Shown here: piece by piece, positions 52,284 through 64,000 of the stretch
How positions within the stretch are numbered: position 1 is the first letter of the stretch
How the letters are laid out: every line of letters begins with the position of its first letter
Origin: Seison nebaliae
Lineage: Eukaryota
Assembly (NCBI GenBank): GCA_023231475.1
Contig: JALJEE010001120.1
Coordinates: 1 to 64,000, forward strand
Reading direction: 5' to 3'
Length of the DNA: 64,000 nt
Notes under the pieces: generated by a model
The model's database searches: none
The model's input: the letters and a program-made list of their open reading frames with translations, nothing else
What the model was told of the DNA's origin: nothing
Position numbers and translations under genes: made by a program

Positions 52284-53033
52284 TTTCCTTTAATTCAAAT
52301 TGTCTGGAATTGGATGAAAGAGAAAAGTGAACAATGATGGGAAAAGTTCAAATTTCATTTTCTGCAAAATAAAAGCAAAATAATTAGAGAGTTTCCACAT
52401 TAATTGTTTGACATAACAAATTACTGACAAGAGAAACTGACATATTAGAGTGTATCAACAATTGGAAGGAATTATCGATTGACTTACTACACTCGATTGA
52501 TTATGTTTTCGAAAAGTTTTTTAAATGGACATATTATAAAGGAAAAGTATTGCAATGAATATTCAATATTTTGGTTATTAATAGTCAGTGTGAAATTAGG
52601 AAAAACATTTTAGGATATGAATATGTCAATATGGAATTAGCTAAACGAATACAGTATAAATTTTCGGTAAAATCCCAAAAATGTAGTCGCTTTTCAATCG
52701 ATTTCTCCAGAGAAAAAATTTTCTTCACAACTCGACTTCACATGACGACTTCACATGACGACTCCAATTACCGCAATAAAGATCAGAAATTATTATTTTA
52801 GTAATTAGAAACTCAATTCAATCAAATGTTAAATTCAAGCCGTTTTATTTAAAGGGCGAGAGACTTTACTAATACTAATCCTTATATCCACCAGATAAAT
52901 CTCTTTAATAGCCAGTAAATGTTTTTGTAATCACTTCAGTAAATAATCAGAATAACTCATTTCATATCGAAAAATTGCGACAAATTCAAAATCAGTAAAA
53001 TTACGTAATATTGCGCTGTCGTTTGACGGACAG

Positions 53034-53346
53034 TAGTGGTGTCCAAACGGTAACAAAAAGTTATAAGAAAAAAAACGAGTGGATTTTAGAGGGCGAAAAA
53101 ATTCAGATTGTCTTTTTCGCTTTTTACACATACACTTATCGTTCTATTTCGCCAAAAAACAGAACGATCAGCAAGAGGAAAACAGAATTATCGAGATATT
53201 TCCTCACTTGTTCAAAGTAGGACAATGTGCCATATGGCAAAAAAAGTTGTATGTATAGAAAACAAAAGGGACAATCTCTATTTTTCCCCTTCTAAAATCA
53301 AATCGTGTTTTTCTTATAACTTTTTCTTATGGTTTAAACACCATTA
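53034..53346. mobile_element. degenerate palindromic fold-back / MITE-like element
   Basis: Left arm tggtgtccaaacggtaacaaaaagttataagaaaaaaaacgagtggattttagagggcgaaaaaattcagattgtc matches the reverse complement of the right arm (tggtgtttaaaccataagaaaaagttataagaaaaacacgatttgattttagaaggggaaaaatagagattgtc); centre ~53190. Confidence 0.75.
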
Positions 53347-54138
53347 ACGGATAGGTTTAAACTACAACCAAAAATTATATTATGGATATTATGATGAGAA
53401 TTATGAGTAAATTATAAATTAAAAACAGATCGATAATTATGGGATAAATTTCTATGATAATTACGCGAAATTTTACTGAAAATGATTAAATATTTCCAAC
53501 CAACTCAATATCATCGAACTTGTAAGAAAGGAGACTAGTTGGAAATGGAAGCAGAATAATTATTTTTATAAGTGTTTGGATCGAAAAGTTTCTGCATTAT
53601 GATCGAGTAAAGATCAATCAGGATTAGATGGAGATAAAAAATGAATTAACGATATGTTATCGGAAGGAAATAAGATGTTGACATATATATAATGTCGGGA
53701 GAAATTAGAAGTTCTAAAAAGAAACACGGTCATTGTGAATGTGAAATGATTCGTAGTTGAATTCTGATTCATATTCTTTTCCTTCTTCCCATGTGGAGGT
53801 TGAACTGTGACAATTTTTATAATAAAACACAACATTATGTCGTTGTGCATGACTACAAATTCATTAAATGGAAATCATCATACTTCTCCTTTTTCTCCTC
53901 TCTATTCGAATAGTTTTGTGAGCGTATCAAGAATGGAAGAAATTGAAACGAAACGATTTGTATGTTAAAAAAGAAGTTTTTATTTGAAAAATAATACTTC
54001 TAATAAGTAAGCGAGTAATAATGATTATATAATCATATTGGAGAACATATAATTGTGAACAGGTGAGATGTGAAAAAAGTTTTTTCTGAATTTCCCTAAT
54101 GATCAAGAATTAAACTGATAATTTCTGTTTATGGTTTA

Positions 54139-56501
54139 TTAGAAGTCTGTATTCTCCTCGTAATCTGATTCGTCTGAGTCGCCACTAGATAGTGAGTCTA
54201 CCAAACTCAAATTGTCAAGATCTCCCGCTATACTACCCGCTTCACTTTGTGGTTGTCCTTTCTAAAACGGAAATGAAATAATTTATTTTAATTATTAGGA
54301 TAATTAACGTTAAGTTGAGCATTAAGTAGCTGTAGTCCGACGGACGGATCTTGATCTTCTTCAGGTAACTCCGATTCTTGTTTAGACCGAACCTTAAGCC
54401 TGTTAATATTCTCAGTACTTCCACTTAATTGCGTCGTGGTGGTCGTATCGGAAGTTTGTTTCTTTTTCGATTTGAAAAGTGCTCTGAGTTGTCCAACTTT
54501 CTTCGAAACAGTATTCGCTGCTCTACGTATGCGAATTGCGGGCCGACTAAGAAATTTCTTTTTGCGACGTTGTCTCGAATCGCTGGGAGAGATCGTTGAT
54601 GGTCCTGCAATTTCTTCAGGTGCGTCATTGAATGGTTGTGACGGAAGATTTTCTTGTAATTTGGCTCTATTCATTTCATTTATAGCCTCTTCTCTCAGTC
54701 TCTTTAGTTTTTCTTGTTGTTCCAGGAACATTTCTTGATGCCGATGTTCCTTCTCTAATAGAATTAGTCGTTCATCGAAGGGGATTATTGCTCTGAATTC
54801 TCCTTCAGGTATTCCGATTTCATCCTCGGGATACGGCCAATTAAGAGACGGATATGTACCCTGAGGTTGATTTCGTCCTTTCTCTGCGTATTTGAGGATC
54901 TTGGGATCGGTACCATTCTTTAAATGCAAAGAAGATGGATGTCTCGCTTCGACCATTCGTTTCGAATACCGTTCTTTCAAATGGGCCCTGGTTGTTCGAC
55001 TTCGAGAACGATCAGGGATGGGTACAGTTCTGGCGTTGGAAGTGTGATAAAGAAGTGCTTGTGGAATGATACCAGTCAACGGTGCACGAATAATACTATA
55101 AGTAAGTGTCACTTCTTGTTTCTTGCCGGTGACGAAAATTTTCGCCATGAAACCATTTTTTTTGTCATTAAAATTGAATTTGGGATCATCAAATTTATCT
55201 AATGTTTTCAAATCATAAACAGTATCAGCACATTTCGGTAATTCAACTTCGCTTTTCTTTAAAGTTACAGCTAATCTATAGACACGATACCGATGGGCGG
55301 CTATGAAGAATTGGATGAATCCGTGAAGGACGGCGTTGAATTCGTTCAAGGAAGCTTCGGAATAATACAATGCTGTATCGTCCTCATTGAAGAGGAGATA
55401 TAATAGTATGGGCGCCATTACGGTGGCCGGTAGAGGGTCGATATTCAAACTTTGGTATGTCTCCAAAGTTTGAATTTCATTATCAATCGTTTTCAGTTTA
55501 TGATCCAAAACCATCGTCGCTGCACTGCCTTTTTCCCTACGGAGTTTTGCGATTATTGGCATCATTTTTTGCATACAATCTACACTGGGATTGACGTCAT
55601 CTTCGAAGAGACTAGCCGCTCTCAAATCGGACATATAACGGTAAAAATTTTCAAATTTAATATCTGTTTCCAATTGTTGGAAAACGGAATATTCTCTCGC
55701 TAAATGACTAAATGCCAAGTTGAACCGATGTTTGGTGTCCATGGCGATTGTGAGCGGTGGTAAGACACGCAACAAATTCATGTATGAAGCACTGGTGTAT
55801 TTTTGAATTATTTGTACTAGCGGCTCCACTACATCATGTACTACAGCGTAGAAATTCTTTGCTATCTGTAAAAGAGGTAACGAACAAAGGGAAATGTGAT
55901 CGAAGAAATCCCCCGTCACATATCGCTTCTCAACGTCCGAATAATATTCGTCGTAATTGGTCGGATCATCCATACCTTTACTGAATGTCTCCAACAAACC
56001 CGTTTTCAAATAGTCCATACATTTCTTCTCTGAATTCATCACTCCAGCAAAGATGGTTAATGCCAAGTCCAATTTTTCTGTGTATATCTCAAGTGTTTCG
56101 TTGTGCAACTTCCATCGATGTCGTTTTAACATCATATCGGTGGAGTAGAGAACCATCATCATTTTCGTTAAGAATGTGATTAACGTCAAATGGAGGGTGC
56201 GCTTGAGAGCGAGTAGAACGACAAAAACTGGTCTTACTTTAGCGATTATGTGGTTTAATGCCCGTTGAATATTGAGAGCCTCATAGGGTCGATTACCGGT
56301 CAACTTGATATATTGTCTCTTCTCCACCACATTATATTTTTCCGGTAATCGGAGCATGGTGAGTTCGGGAAAAACTAAGAAAATATTTCGATTCGGATAT
56401 CTCATTCGGTAACCGGGCAATGTCGGATAACTATTCATTATACCAGCACCATCGTTAATTAAAGACAAAATAAACAAAAGACTACCCACATATATAAACA
56501 T
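54139..56501 (-). CDS. secreted protein of unrecognised family, paralog A (2 exons)
   Basis: ~740-aa ORF with signal peptide; short intron near 54263-54309; last exon KGQPQSEAGSIAGDL...DF*; clear paralogy to the neighbouring gene. Confidence 0.85.
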
Positions 56502-57028
56502 GAGAGACACGGAATAAAAAGTACAGAAGAAAATAAAAACTGAAATTTAGAAAGAAAATGAAAATAATGCTTTATTTATATGTTTGTTCAAAGTTAAACT
56601 GAATTGAATACCGAATTTCAATCCACTTTTATTCATTTTTCTTTCTCACACAAACAGAGACAACTAGAAAATTATTTTAAAAAATATTACAATAAATCAT
56701 TTACCAGGATGCCGTGAACCAATTTCCAAAGATCAACGTCGTGAATTTTTAATTTTTATTTATCAATTACCCTATAGGGATAAAGATAATAATCATATTA
56801 AAATTTTTTTTATCATTTAATTTTATTGTGAGAAACATTTAACTAATTTCTAACAAAAAAGTTCACAATTATTAAAGAAATGAGAATTTTTTTGAATTAT
56901 TTTGAAATTTTTCGTTTTTTTTTCAAAGTTTTCTTTTTTAGAGAATTTTATTGCTAATATAAAATAGGAAATTAAAAGTTAATCTATAATAAATTTGAAG
57001 AATTTGTTGGAATGGATTGAATAGTAAA

Positions 57029-59568
57029 TTATTCCGTAAAACCTCTATTGAAGACAGATTCATTGTCTTCCTCATTGGCCTGAATTCTAGCAGCAAGATC
57101 ACCCGCCAGACTTTCCGCTTCGCTGTCTCTATCGTCAGGAAGGCCATGATAATTCTAAAAAAAAAGAAATAAAAGATTTCTATGAAAATATTTTAAAAAT
57201 AAACTCGAAGAATTGATAGGAAATTCGAAAGATTGATAGCAGGATCTTGTTGGTCTATCGGTAAGGCTGCATCGTTTTTAACATTCATTTCTATTCTTTT
57301 GTTACGTTCATCTTCATCTTCACTTTCTTCCTCCACTTCCACCGTTTCGTCTAAAGTGTTTTTCTTCTTTTTCATCTTTCTCACTTTATTTCTCACATAT
57401 GACGAGAATCGATTAAGACTATGGGATGCCGCATGTGCCGCACGTCTCATCCTACCTGCCGGTCTAGTGAATATACGTTCATGCTCATTCAGAACGTTGT
57501 TCAATTGATCTTCAGGTACCGGTTCAGGTACCGGTTCAGGTACCGGTTCAGGTATCGCTTCCGCATTCGACACAGTCGAACTAATTTCCACCGTTAATGA
57601 TTCTGGAGCCGTGTTGAATGTTAGATCTCCTTCACTCTCAATTGACGGTTCTTTGGCGATGGTTTTCTTTTCTGTGAGACTAATCGTCCGGTCTCTCATT
57701 TCTTCTTTAGCGGCTGCTTTCCGTTTTTCGAACATCTCCAATTCCTCAATTCGTCGTTCGGAATATGCACGTTCCCGATTGGCCAAATTGATTCGCTGAG
57801 CTCGGGGTAAAAGTAAACGGCCGTGAGGTTCTTTCACTGGTTTCCCAAAATCGAAGGGCCAATTGAGTGGGGGGTTTTGGATGGGACGCGAATTTCGTGC
57901 ATCTCGTTGATAATCTTGCAAATGGTGATAATATCCGAATTTCGGTTTCATAGGTGAAGGCGATTTCGCTTCATGTAACCGTTTTTCGTACCGTTTTTTT
58001 CTCTGTTTTTTATTCGGCGTTTGTTTAACAACCGATCTCGAACGACTACTGGTGGTGGAGGACGGAGTACCAGGAATGACGGAAACTAACGAATCATGGT
58101 ATTTGAATGCACGTTTCATAACCGAATTCATTGGAACCTTCACAATGCTGTAATGTTTGGCTCGTTGAGGATTATTGTCATCCATATGAATTTGTGCTAA
58201 ATAACCAACTGCTTGTTCATGAAGTTCTACGGCAGCTTTTCTAATTTCATGTAATCGAGGTAACTCTTTGACGGTTTTAGCACATAAAGGTGCCCGTGAA
58301 ACTTTCGCCAATTCGTTACCTAATTTTCCTACTCGATATCTTTGTGCTGAAACGGTGAAAGGGACGAAAGTACTCAAAATCACGTTAAATTCACTCAATG
58401 CAATTTCCTCATAATAAATTCGAGTTCGATCTTGATTAAATAATTGATATTGAATCATTGGCTGGAAAGCGGTCTGATCTAACGGATCGATCAGTGTTTG
58501 AGTCAACACTTCATATTCGCCTTGTTCACCTTCGATTGTATCGGCGATCTCTCTCATTCGATCAGTGGCATCCGGATATTTTCTTACATTAACGTCCTTC
58601 ACAGACTCGTAAATTTCCGAAAAACAGTCACTGACTTTTTCGGGATAATCTTTGAAGAAATTCACCGATCTCAGATCAGACATATATCGATAGAAATTTT
58701 CAAATTTCACTTCTGTTTCCAATTGACGAAAGAATGCGTATTCTTTCGTCAAATTCGTAAATTCGGCGTTATATGGATGATTTGTTTGACGGGCTATTTG
58801 TAACGGTTTCGTAATTCGTAACAATTGTATATATGAAGCGTTTTTATGTAGTTGTATTCCTTTGACGAGTGGTTCGACCACTTCCTCGACGAAACTGTAA
58901 AACATGGCCGCAATTTCCACGAGTGATTGAGAACATCGAAACACGTCATCTTTCAAGAATTCATTTCTAACATATTCAGTTTCGATATCGGAATAATAAT
59001 GTTTATAATCATCTTTCTCATCCATACTCTTTTCGAACGTTTCCAATAAACCGGTTTTCAATTTACGAAGACATGGCACTTCTTGTTGGATGAGCCGACC
59101 TAAAGCAATTAATCCTTCTTCGATATGTCGTTCATAATCATCCTTTTCTTCCTGAACGAGGAATTGTCGATTTCTTATAAACATACTCTCTGCCCCGAAC
59201 ATGACCACCATTAACTTGGTGAGAAACGACGTCAAAATTAAATGAAGTGCACGTTTGATTCCAATGGAAACTATGAGATATAATTTCGTTTTCCCAATCC
59301 GATTTAACGCTCGTTGCACATTCAATACATCATAAGCTCGATTACCATGCAGGTCAATGAGGAAGGTATGTTCCATCGAATTAAATCGATCCGGCGTTGG
59401 AATCATATTGAATTCGGGAAGGACCATGAAAATGTTTCTGTTCGGATATTTCAATTTATAACCCGGTAACACGGGAAACTTCTGTAACGTCACATCTTTC
59501 GCACCGTTTATCCGTCTCATTAACAGCAAACTAAAGATGATACTAACTACAATGATGGCATAACGCAT
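57029..59568 (-). CDS. secreted protein of unrecognised family, paralog B (2 exons)
   Basis: 791-aa ORF with signal peptide MRYAIIVVSIIFSLLLM; equivalent terminal intron; last exon NYHGLPDDRDSEAESLAGDL...TE*; PEPV repeat at ~57510-57553. Confidence 0.85.
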
Positions 59569-59820
59569 TTTATACCTACAATCAAATCAACACAAACAAA
59601 ACATAAAACTAAAAATAAGAAAGTGAATGAGAAAAGCAAATTTTTCTCCTTTTATAACATTCACTTCCTTCCTTTCCTTTCCTTACATTATTCGAATGAA
59701 TCCTTCACAAAAAAAAACCATCAAACTCGACACAATATTATTTTAATAATTATAAAAATTTATATTTTATTAACTCAAAATTGATAATTTGAAAATTTTT
59801 TTTTTAATTTTTTTTATTTA

Positions 59821-60127
59821 TAGCAAATCCCCGCGGGTTAAATTAAAAAGAAAAAAAGATAACTCGTTAAAGGAGTTATTTAAGATTAGGTTCCTGTCCG
59901 TTACAATAAAATACTTGAGTGCTTCAGGAACGTGATAAGACAAATCAAAATTAGATGTCACCGATAAAGCGTCTTCCATTGAAAGAGGATAATTTAACGA
60001 GTAATAACGGCAGAAAAATTGGAGAGGCGACGTGAAGTTCTCACATTGTGTATACGTTGGAACTGAAAGAGTTGAACTGCGAACAGAATCAACTACTTTC
60101 AGATACATCTGTGCCAGGAGTTTAATA
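59821..60127. ncRNA. candidate structured non-coding RNA, family unassigned
   Basis: GC-richer island between very AT-rich flanks; long hairpin 60063-60102 (UUCG loop on minus strand), further hairpins, two long-range complementarities, and an Sm-like AAUUUUGA on the minus strand. Confidence 0.4.
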
Positions 60128-60357
60128 AATTAAAATTAATAATTAATAATTAAGTAATTATTAATTTAAATAATTTTTTATTAAATATTTTCGATTTAAT
60201 TTAATTTTTTTTAATATTTTATGAATTAATTTAATTTGTTAATTGAAATATAATTGAGAATTAGAAAGATTCTTTTAAATTATGATAGAAATTATTGGAA
60301 AAGAATAAGAGAATGAATTTTCATTTATAAATAAGACGATTCCAAAATGAAAGAAGT

Positions 60358-63300
60358 TTAATAACTTCGACCGAAAAGACAAATCATTTTCGCCTCTTTC
60401 CCACATTTGATGCATTTCTTCGTTTTATATTTCTCTTCTTTATCGTTATCACTATTGGGAATACAAAGTGACTTAGCACCCATCGCTGGTCCGTCTTCGC
60501 CCGTCGATATTTCCCCACCAAGAGGAAGTTTCGCCGAATCTTTCTTAATATTTCCCTCACATTCCTCCTCGCCACAAAACGGCACTTTGCACATACGACG
60601 ATTGTTGAGTGCATTCACCAAATCATTCCAATGATCGCCTGAATTGATTGATTCGTTCAAATGAGTTCTCGCCTTCTCCAACATCTCTTCATGAATAGTT
60701 TGGAGAAGTTGATTGATATTTGTCAATAATTCGTTGTTGTTCGTTGTGGAATAAGGAAGGAATTGTCGATGTTGTCCTTGTGGTCGACAACGAATAGCTA
60801 AACATAATTGATTCGATTTCATTTCTTTTTCTCCTAATTCTATACGAATTGGTACACCCTTTGTCTCCCAATCATTAAATTTCCAACCGTTCGAAACATG
60901 ATCTCTCATATCGGCGAAAGTTCTGACACCATTCGAATTCAACACTTTCTCTAATCGTTTCACTTCTCCTTTCAATTCATCAGTAATCGTTTTTCCAACC
61001 GCCAATAAAACGATTTGATATTTCGCCACTTTAGGTGGTAATACCAAACCCTTATCATCTCCATGGACCATAATCATGACACCAATCGATCTAGTGGTGA
61101 GTCCCCAAGAATTCTGATACACATATGATCGTGTTGATGGCACTTTTGGATCTTCAAATCCGATGTCGAACATTTTCGAAAAATTCTGACCCAAATGATG
61201 AGACGTGGCCGCTTGTACACCACGACCGGTACTGTGAATAAATGCCTCAATGGTGGTGGTGAAATCGGCACCGGCGAATTTCTCTTTTTCCGTTTTCTTC
61301 CCACAAATCACAGGAATGGCCATCAGATCTTCATAGACTTGTCGATATAAATTGAGAATATAATGAACTTCTTCAATTGCCGATTGTTTATCAGCGTGAG
61401 CGGTATGACCTTCTTGCCAGAGAAATTCTCGTGATCTGATAAATGGTTGGGGATGTTTGAATTCCCAACGAACGACATTATTCCATTGATTCAATTTCAA
61501 TGGAAGATCTCGATGAGATTGAATCCATTTGGAATATGCAGGATACATTACCGTTTCACTCGTTGGTCGAACAGCTATCGGTTCCTCCAATTTACTATTA
61601 CCACTTTGAGTGACCCAAGCGACTTCCGGTGCAAAATCATCGATATGAGACGCCTCTTTCTCCAACGCAGATTTAGTGACAAAAATGGGAAAATAACAAT
61701 TGTCCACACCAATTTTCTTGATCTCTCCATCGAACCAAGTCCTGACAAACTCCCAAATATACATACTCCACGGCTTCAATATATAACAACCGGAAACGTC
61801 ATAATAATCGATCATGTCTCCCTTTGTTATCACTTGATGATACCACTGCGGGAAATTCTCCATTTTCTTCACCGTTATTCCCAATCTAAAAATATAAAAA
61901 ATTAATTATTAATTATTAAATTTAAATTTAAATTTAAATTTTTCTTAACTTTGTCTCTTTTTTACCACCATCATCTTTTTTCATTTCCTTCTTTTTCACA
62001 TCTTTTCCTGATTTCTTTTCTTTCTTCACTTCTTTTCCTGATTTCTTTTCTTTCTTTCCTTCTTTTCCTCCAATTTTCTCATTAGGATTATTATTTTTGG
62101 TGGTAGTAGTCGTGGTTGTAGTGACGGTAGTAGTGGTCAGTTGAGATTTCGACGAATCCTTCTTCTCTAATGGTTTACCGCTCGTACTCATTTTCCCAAT
62201 TAATGATGTTGATTTCGTTCTCGTACTCTCGTCCGGTATGTCGAATAAGACAAACTTATTTTTTCCGATCACGTCATCAATTTGATCGAACTGACGAAAT
62301 TGTTCATCGTATCGTATCGCTTCCTTATTCCTGTACATGCCCGTCATCATTATCGATTAAATTCAAATTAGAAAAATTTAACGTCAACTTATCAAACGTT
62401 TCGTCGCATCGATAAAAGCCTTTTCGTTGTAATTGAATCACCTTAAGAAAATTTAAATAATTAATTAATTATTTAAATTAAAATTGAAAAAACTTGATCT
62501 AATTTCATTTGATGAGTGATGGCCGATTCTCCAATTAAATGGAATTCTTGACGACTATTCGGATTAATATATTTCTTGAAATCATCACCTTTGTCCAATG
62601 TGGCGATGGTGAGTAAATGTTCGAAATGAATACAAATTATATGAGGGAATTTCACCCTCGCCAATTCTTCGTTATCACCAAATTTCGATTTATTTAAAAT
62701 CCACGACACTTTTACCGTCTTTTTGAAATCCTTATCATCGGGAAGATATTCCAAAATGATTTTCTTCTTTTTCATCTCATCAATACGGAAATTGCCCCAT
62801 TGTAATAAAGTGATTTTGTCGTCAACTTTCGAATTGACGAAATCCACTTCCTCACATAACACATATGATCCATACCAAATTTCTTTCATTCCATATTCTT
62901 CGAATTTTGGATGAAGACGTTGTAACTTCATTTCAACTCCCTTCACATTCTTCACTTCCACTTCAATCAAATCATCACATCTGAGTGCAGTAAATCGGAA
63001 TGATTTCGGATCAATCACTTTCTTATTGATCGCCCAAATCTTATCCCACGACATACTAATATTACTACGAGAACTACCTTGAGCAATGACGAATTGTTTC
63101 AACGCTTCCACGTCCATTCCTCTCCGAACAATTCCACGAACGGTGGGAAAACGAGGATCGTTCCATCCTTCTGCAATCTTCTCATCGACGAACCAAGCCA
63201 ATTTCCGTTTAGACAGGAGAGTATATTGGAGATTCAATCGAGAATATTCCCAAATATTCACCGATCGCAATCCCAATTTGTTGATGAACCAATGGAATTG

Positions 63301-64000
63301 ATCGTCACGATCATGATATTCCGTCGTACGTAGAGCGTGTGTCACACCTTCGATCGAATCAACAATTGGACAAGCGAAATCATAAGTCGGATACACTTTA
63401 TATTTGGTGCCATGACGAACATGCGATTGTGTTTTCGATCGATAAATGACCGGATCTCTCAGACAACCGTTTTTCGATTCATAATCAATTTTCGCTCTCA
63501 CACAATATTTCTTCTCATTATTTCCATTCTTCATTTCATTCCAAATTTTCAAATTTTCATCAACCGACAAATTTCGACATTTACTCGCCTCACAATTTTC
63601 TCGTTCTTTCTTCATCGTCTCACCGTCAGTGTTGTCACAATAGGCATGAGAATTCTTCAAAAGAAATTCACATTTCTCCATCATCAAATCGAAATAATCA
63701 GATGTTCGAGTGAACGAATCATATGAGACATTCAACATTTTCAAATCCTCTTCAATGATCTTTTCGAAATGTTCGTCCTCCTTCTCCGGATTCGTGTCAT
63801 CGAATCGCAGAATTAATTTACCTTTAAATTTCTCTTTATAGTGTTGATTGAGGAGGGCGGCTTTGGCGTGGCCGATGTGTAAATATCCACTCGCCTCTGG
63901 TGGAAATCTCACCACCACTTCCCCATCAACTGCATTCTCCAATTCGATGAATTTTCCTTCACCTGCATAATCTTTTCCCGTTTTCTCCACTTTCTTCTTT
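60358..64000 (-). CDS. EPRS1: bifunctional glutamyl-prolyl-tRNA synthetase (5' part outside window)
   Basis: GluRS RFPPEASGYLHIGHAKA, LSKRKL and IQLQRKGFY is joined by three short introns and a Thr/Lys linker to KKETK|LGITVKK, ProRS VRPTSET, REFLWQEGH, QNSWGLTTR and C-terminal FGRSY*. Confidence 0.96.

Noticed and set aside
59821..60127. Assignment of the structured island to RNase P/MRP, telomerase RNA, U2, U3, SRP, an HDV-like ribozyme or a Helitron end
   Set aside because: Only partial motif resemblances (AACCUAA, UUCACGUCGC, GUAGU..UCUGUUC); the diagnostic conserved boxes or their order are missing
60358..61884. Stand-alone ProRS gene separate from GluRS
   Set aside because: The ORF starts at TTG directly after an AG acceptor, and splicing gives the conserved KKETK-LG junction

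Overview
AT-rich, compact eukaryotic (animal, probably protostome) genomic DNA, not prokaryotic: no rRNA, tRNA or CRISPR is visible. Genes have many tiny (~40-60 nt) introns plus some very large exons. In order: 5' end of an XRN1-like exonuclease (-), a probable solo LTR, SLC4A11-like transporter (-), a ~13.7 kb gene-poor stretch, SUV3 helicase (-), full-length ABCA transporter (+), condensin kleisin CAP-H (+), Tc1 and DUF4806 transposon relics, calponin/transgelin-like gene (+) overlapping tail-to-tail with HSD17B7 (-), IR25a/IR8a-type ionotropic receptor (+), Thr-rich membrane mucin, Sel1-repeat protein, calmodulin-like gene (+) overlapping tail-to-tail with a Gal-3-O-sulfotransferase-like gene (-), a fold-back/MITE, two paralogous secreted proteins of unrecognised family (-), a ~300 nt candidate structured ncRNA, and a fused Glu-Pro-tRNA synthetase without linker WHEP repeats (-, cut by the window end). 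Strongest hunt signals: (1) about 48 of 52 hand-inferred introns start GTT rather than GT(A/G)AG; (2) the unexplained structured island at 59.82-60.13 kb; (3) the tandem secreted orphan pair; (4) WHEP-less EPRS; (5) two convergent CDS overlaps. All gene models are hand-inferred from reading frames and remembered family motifs; no searches were run.
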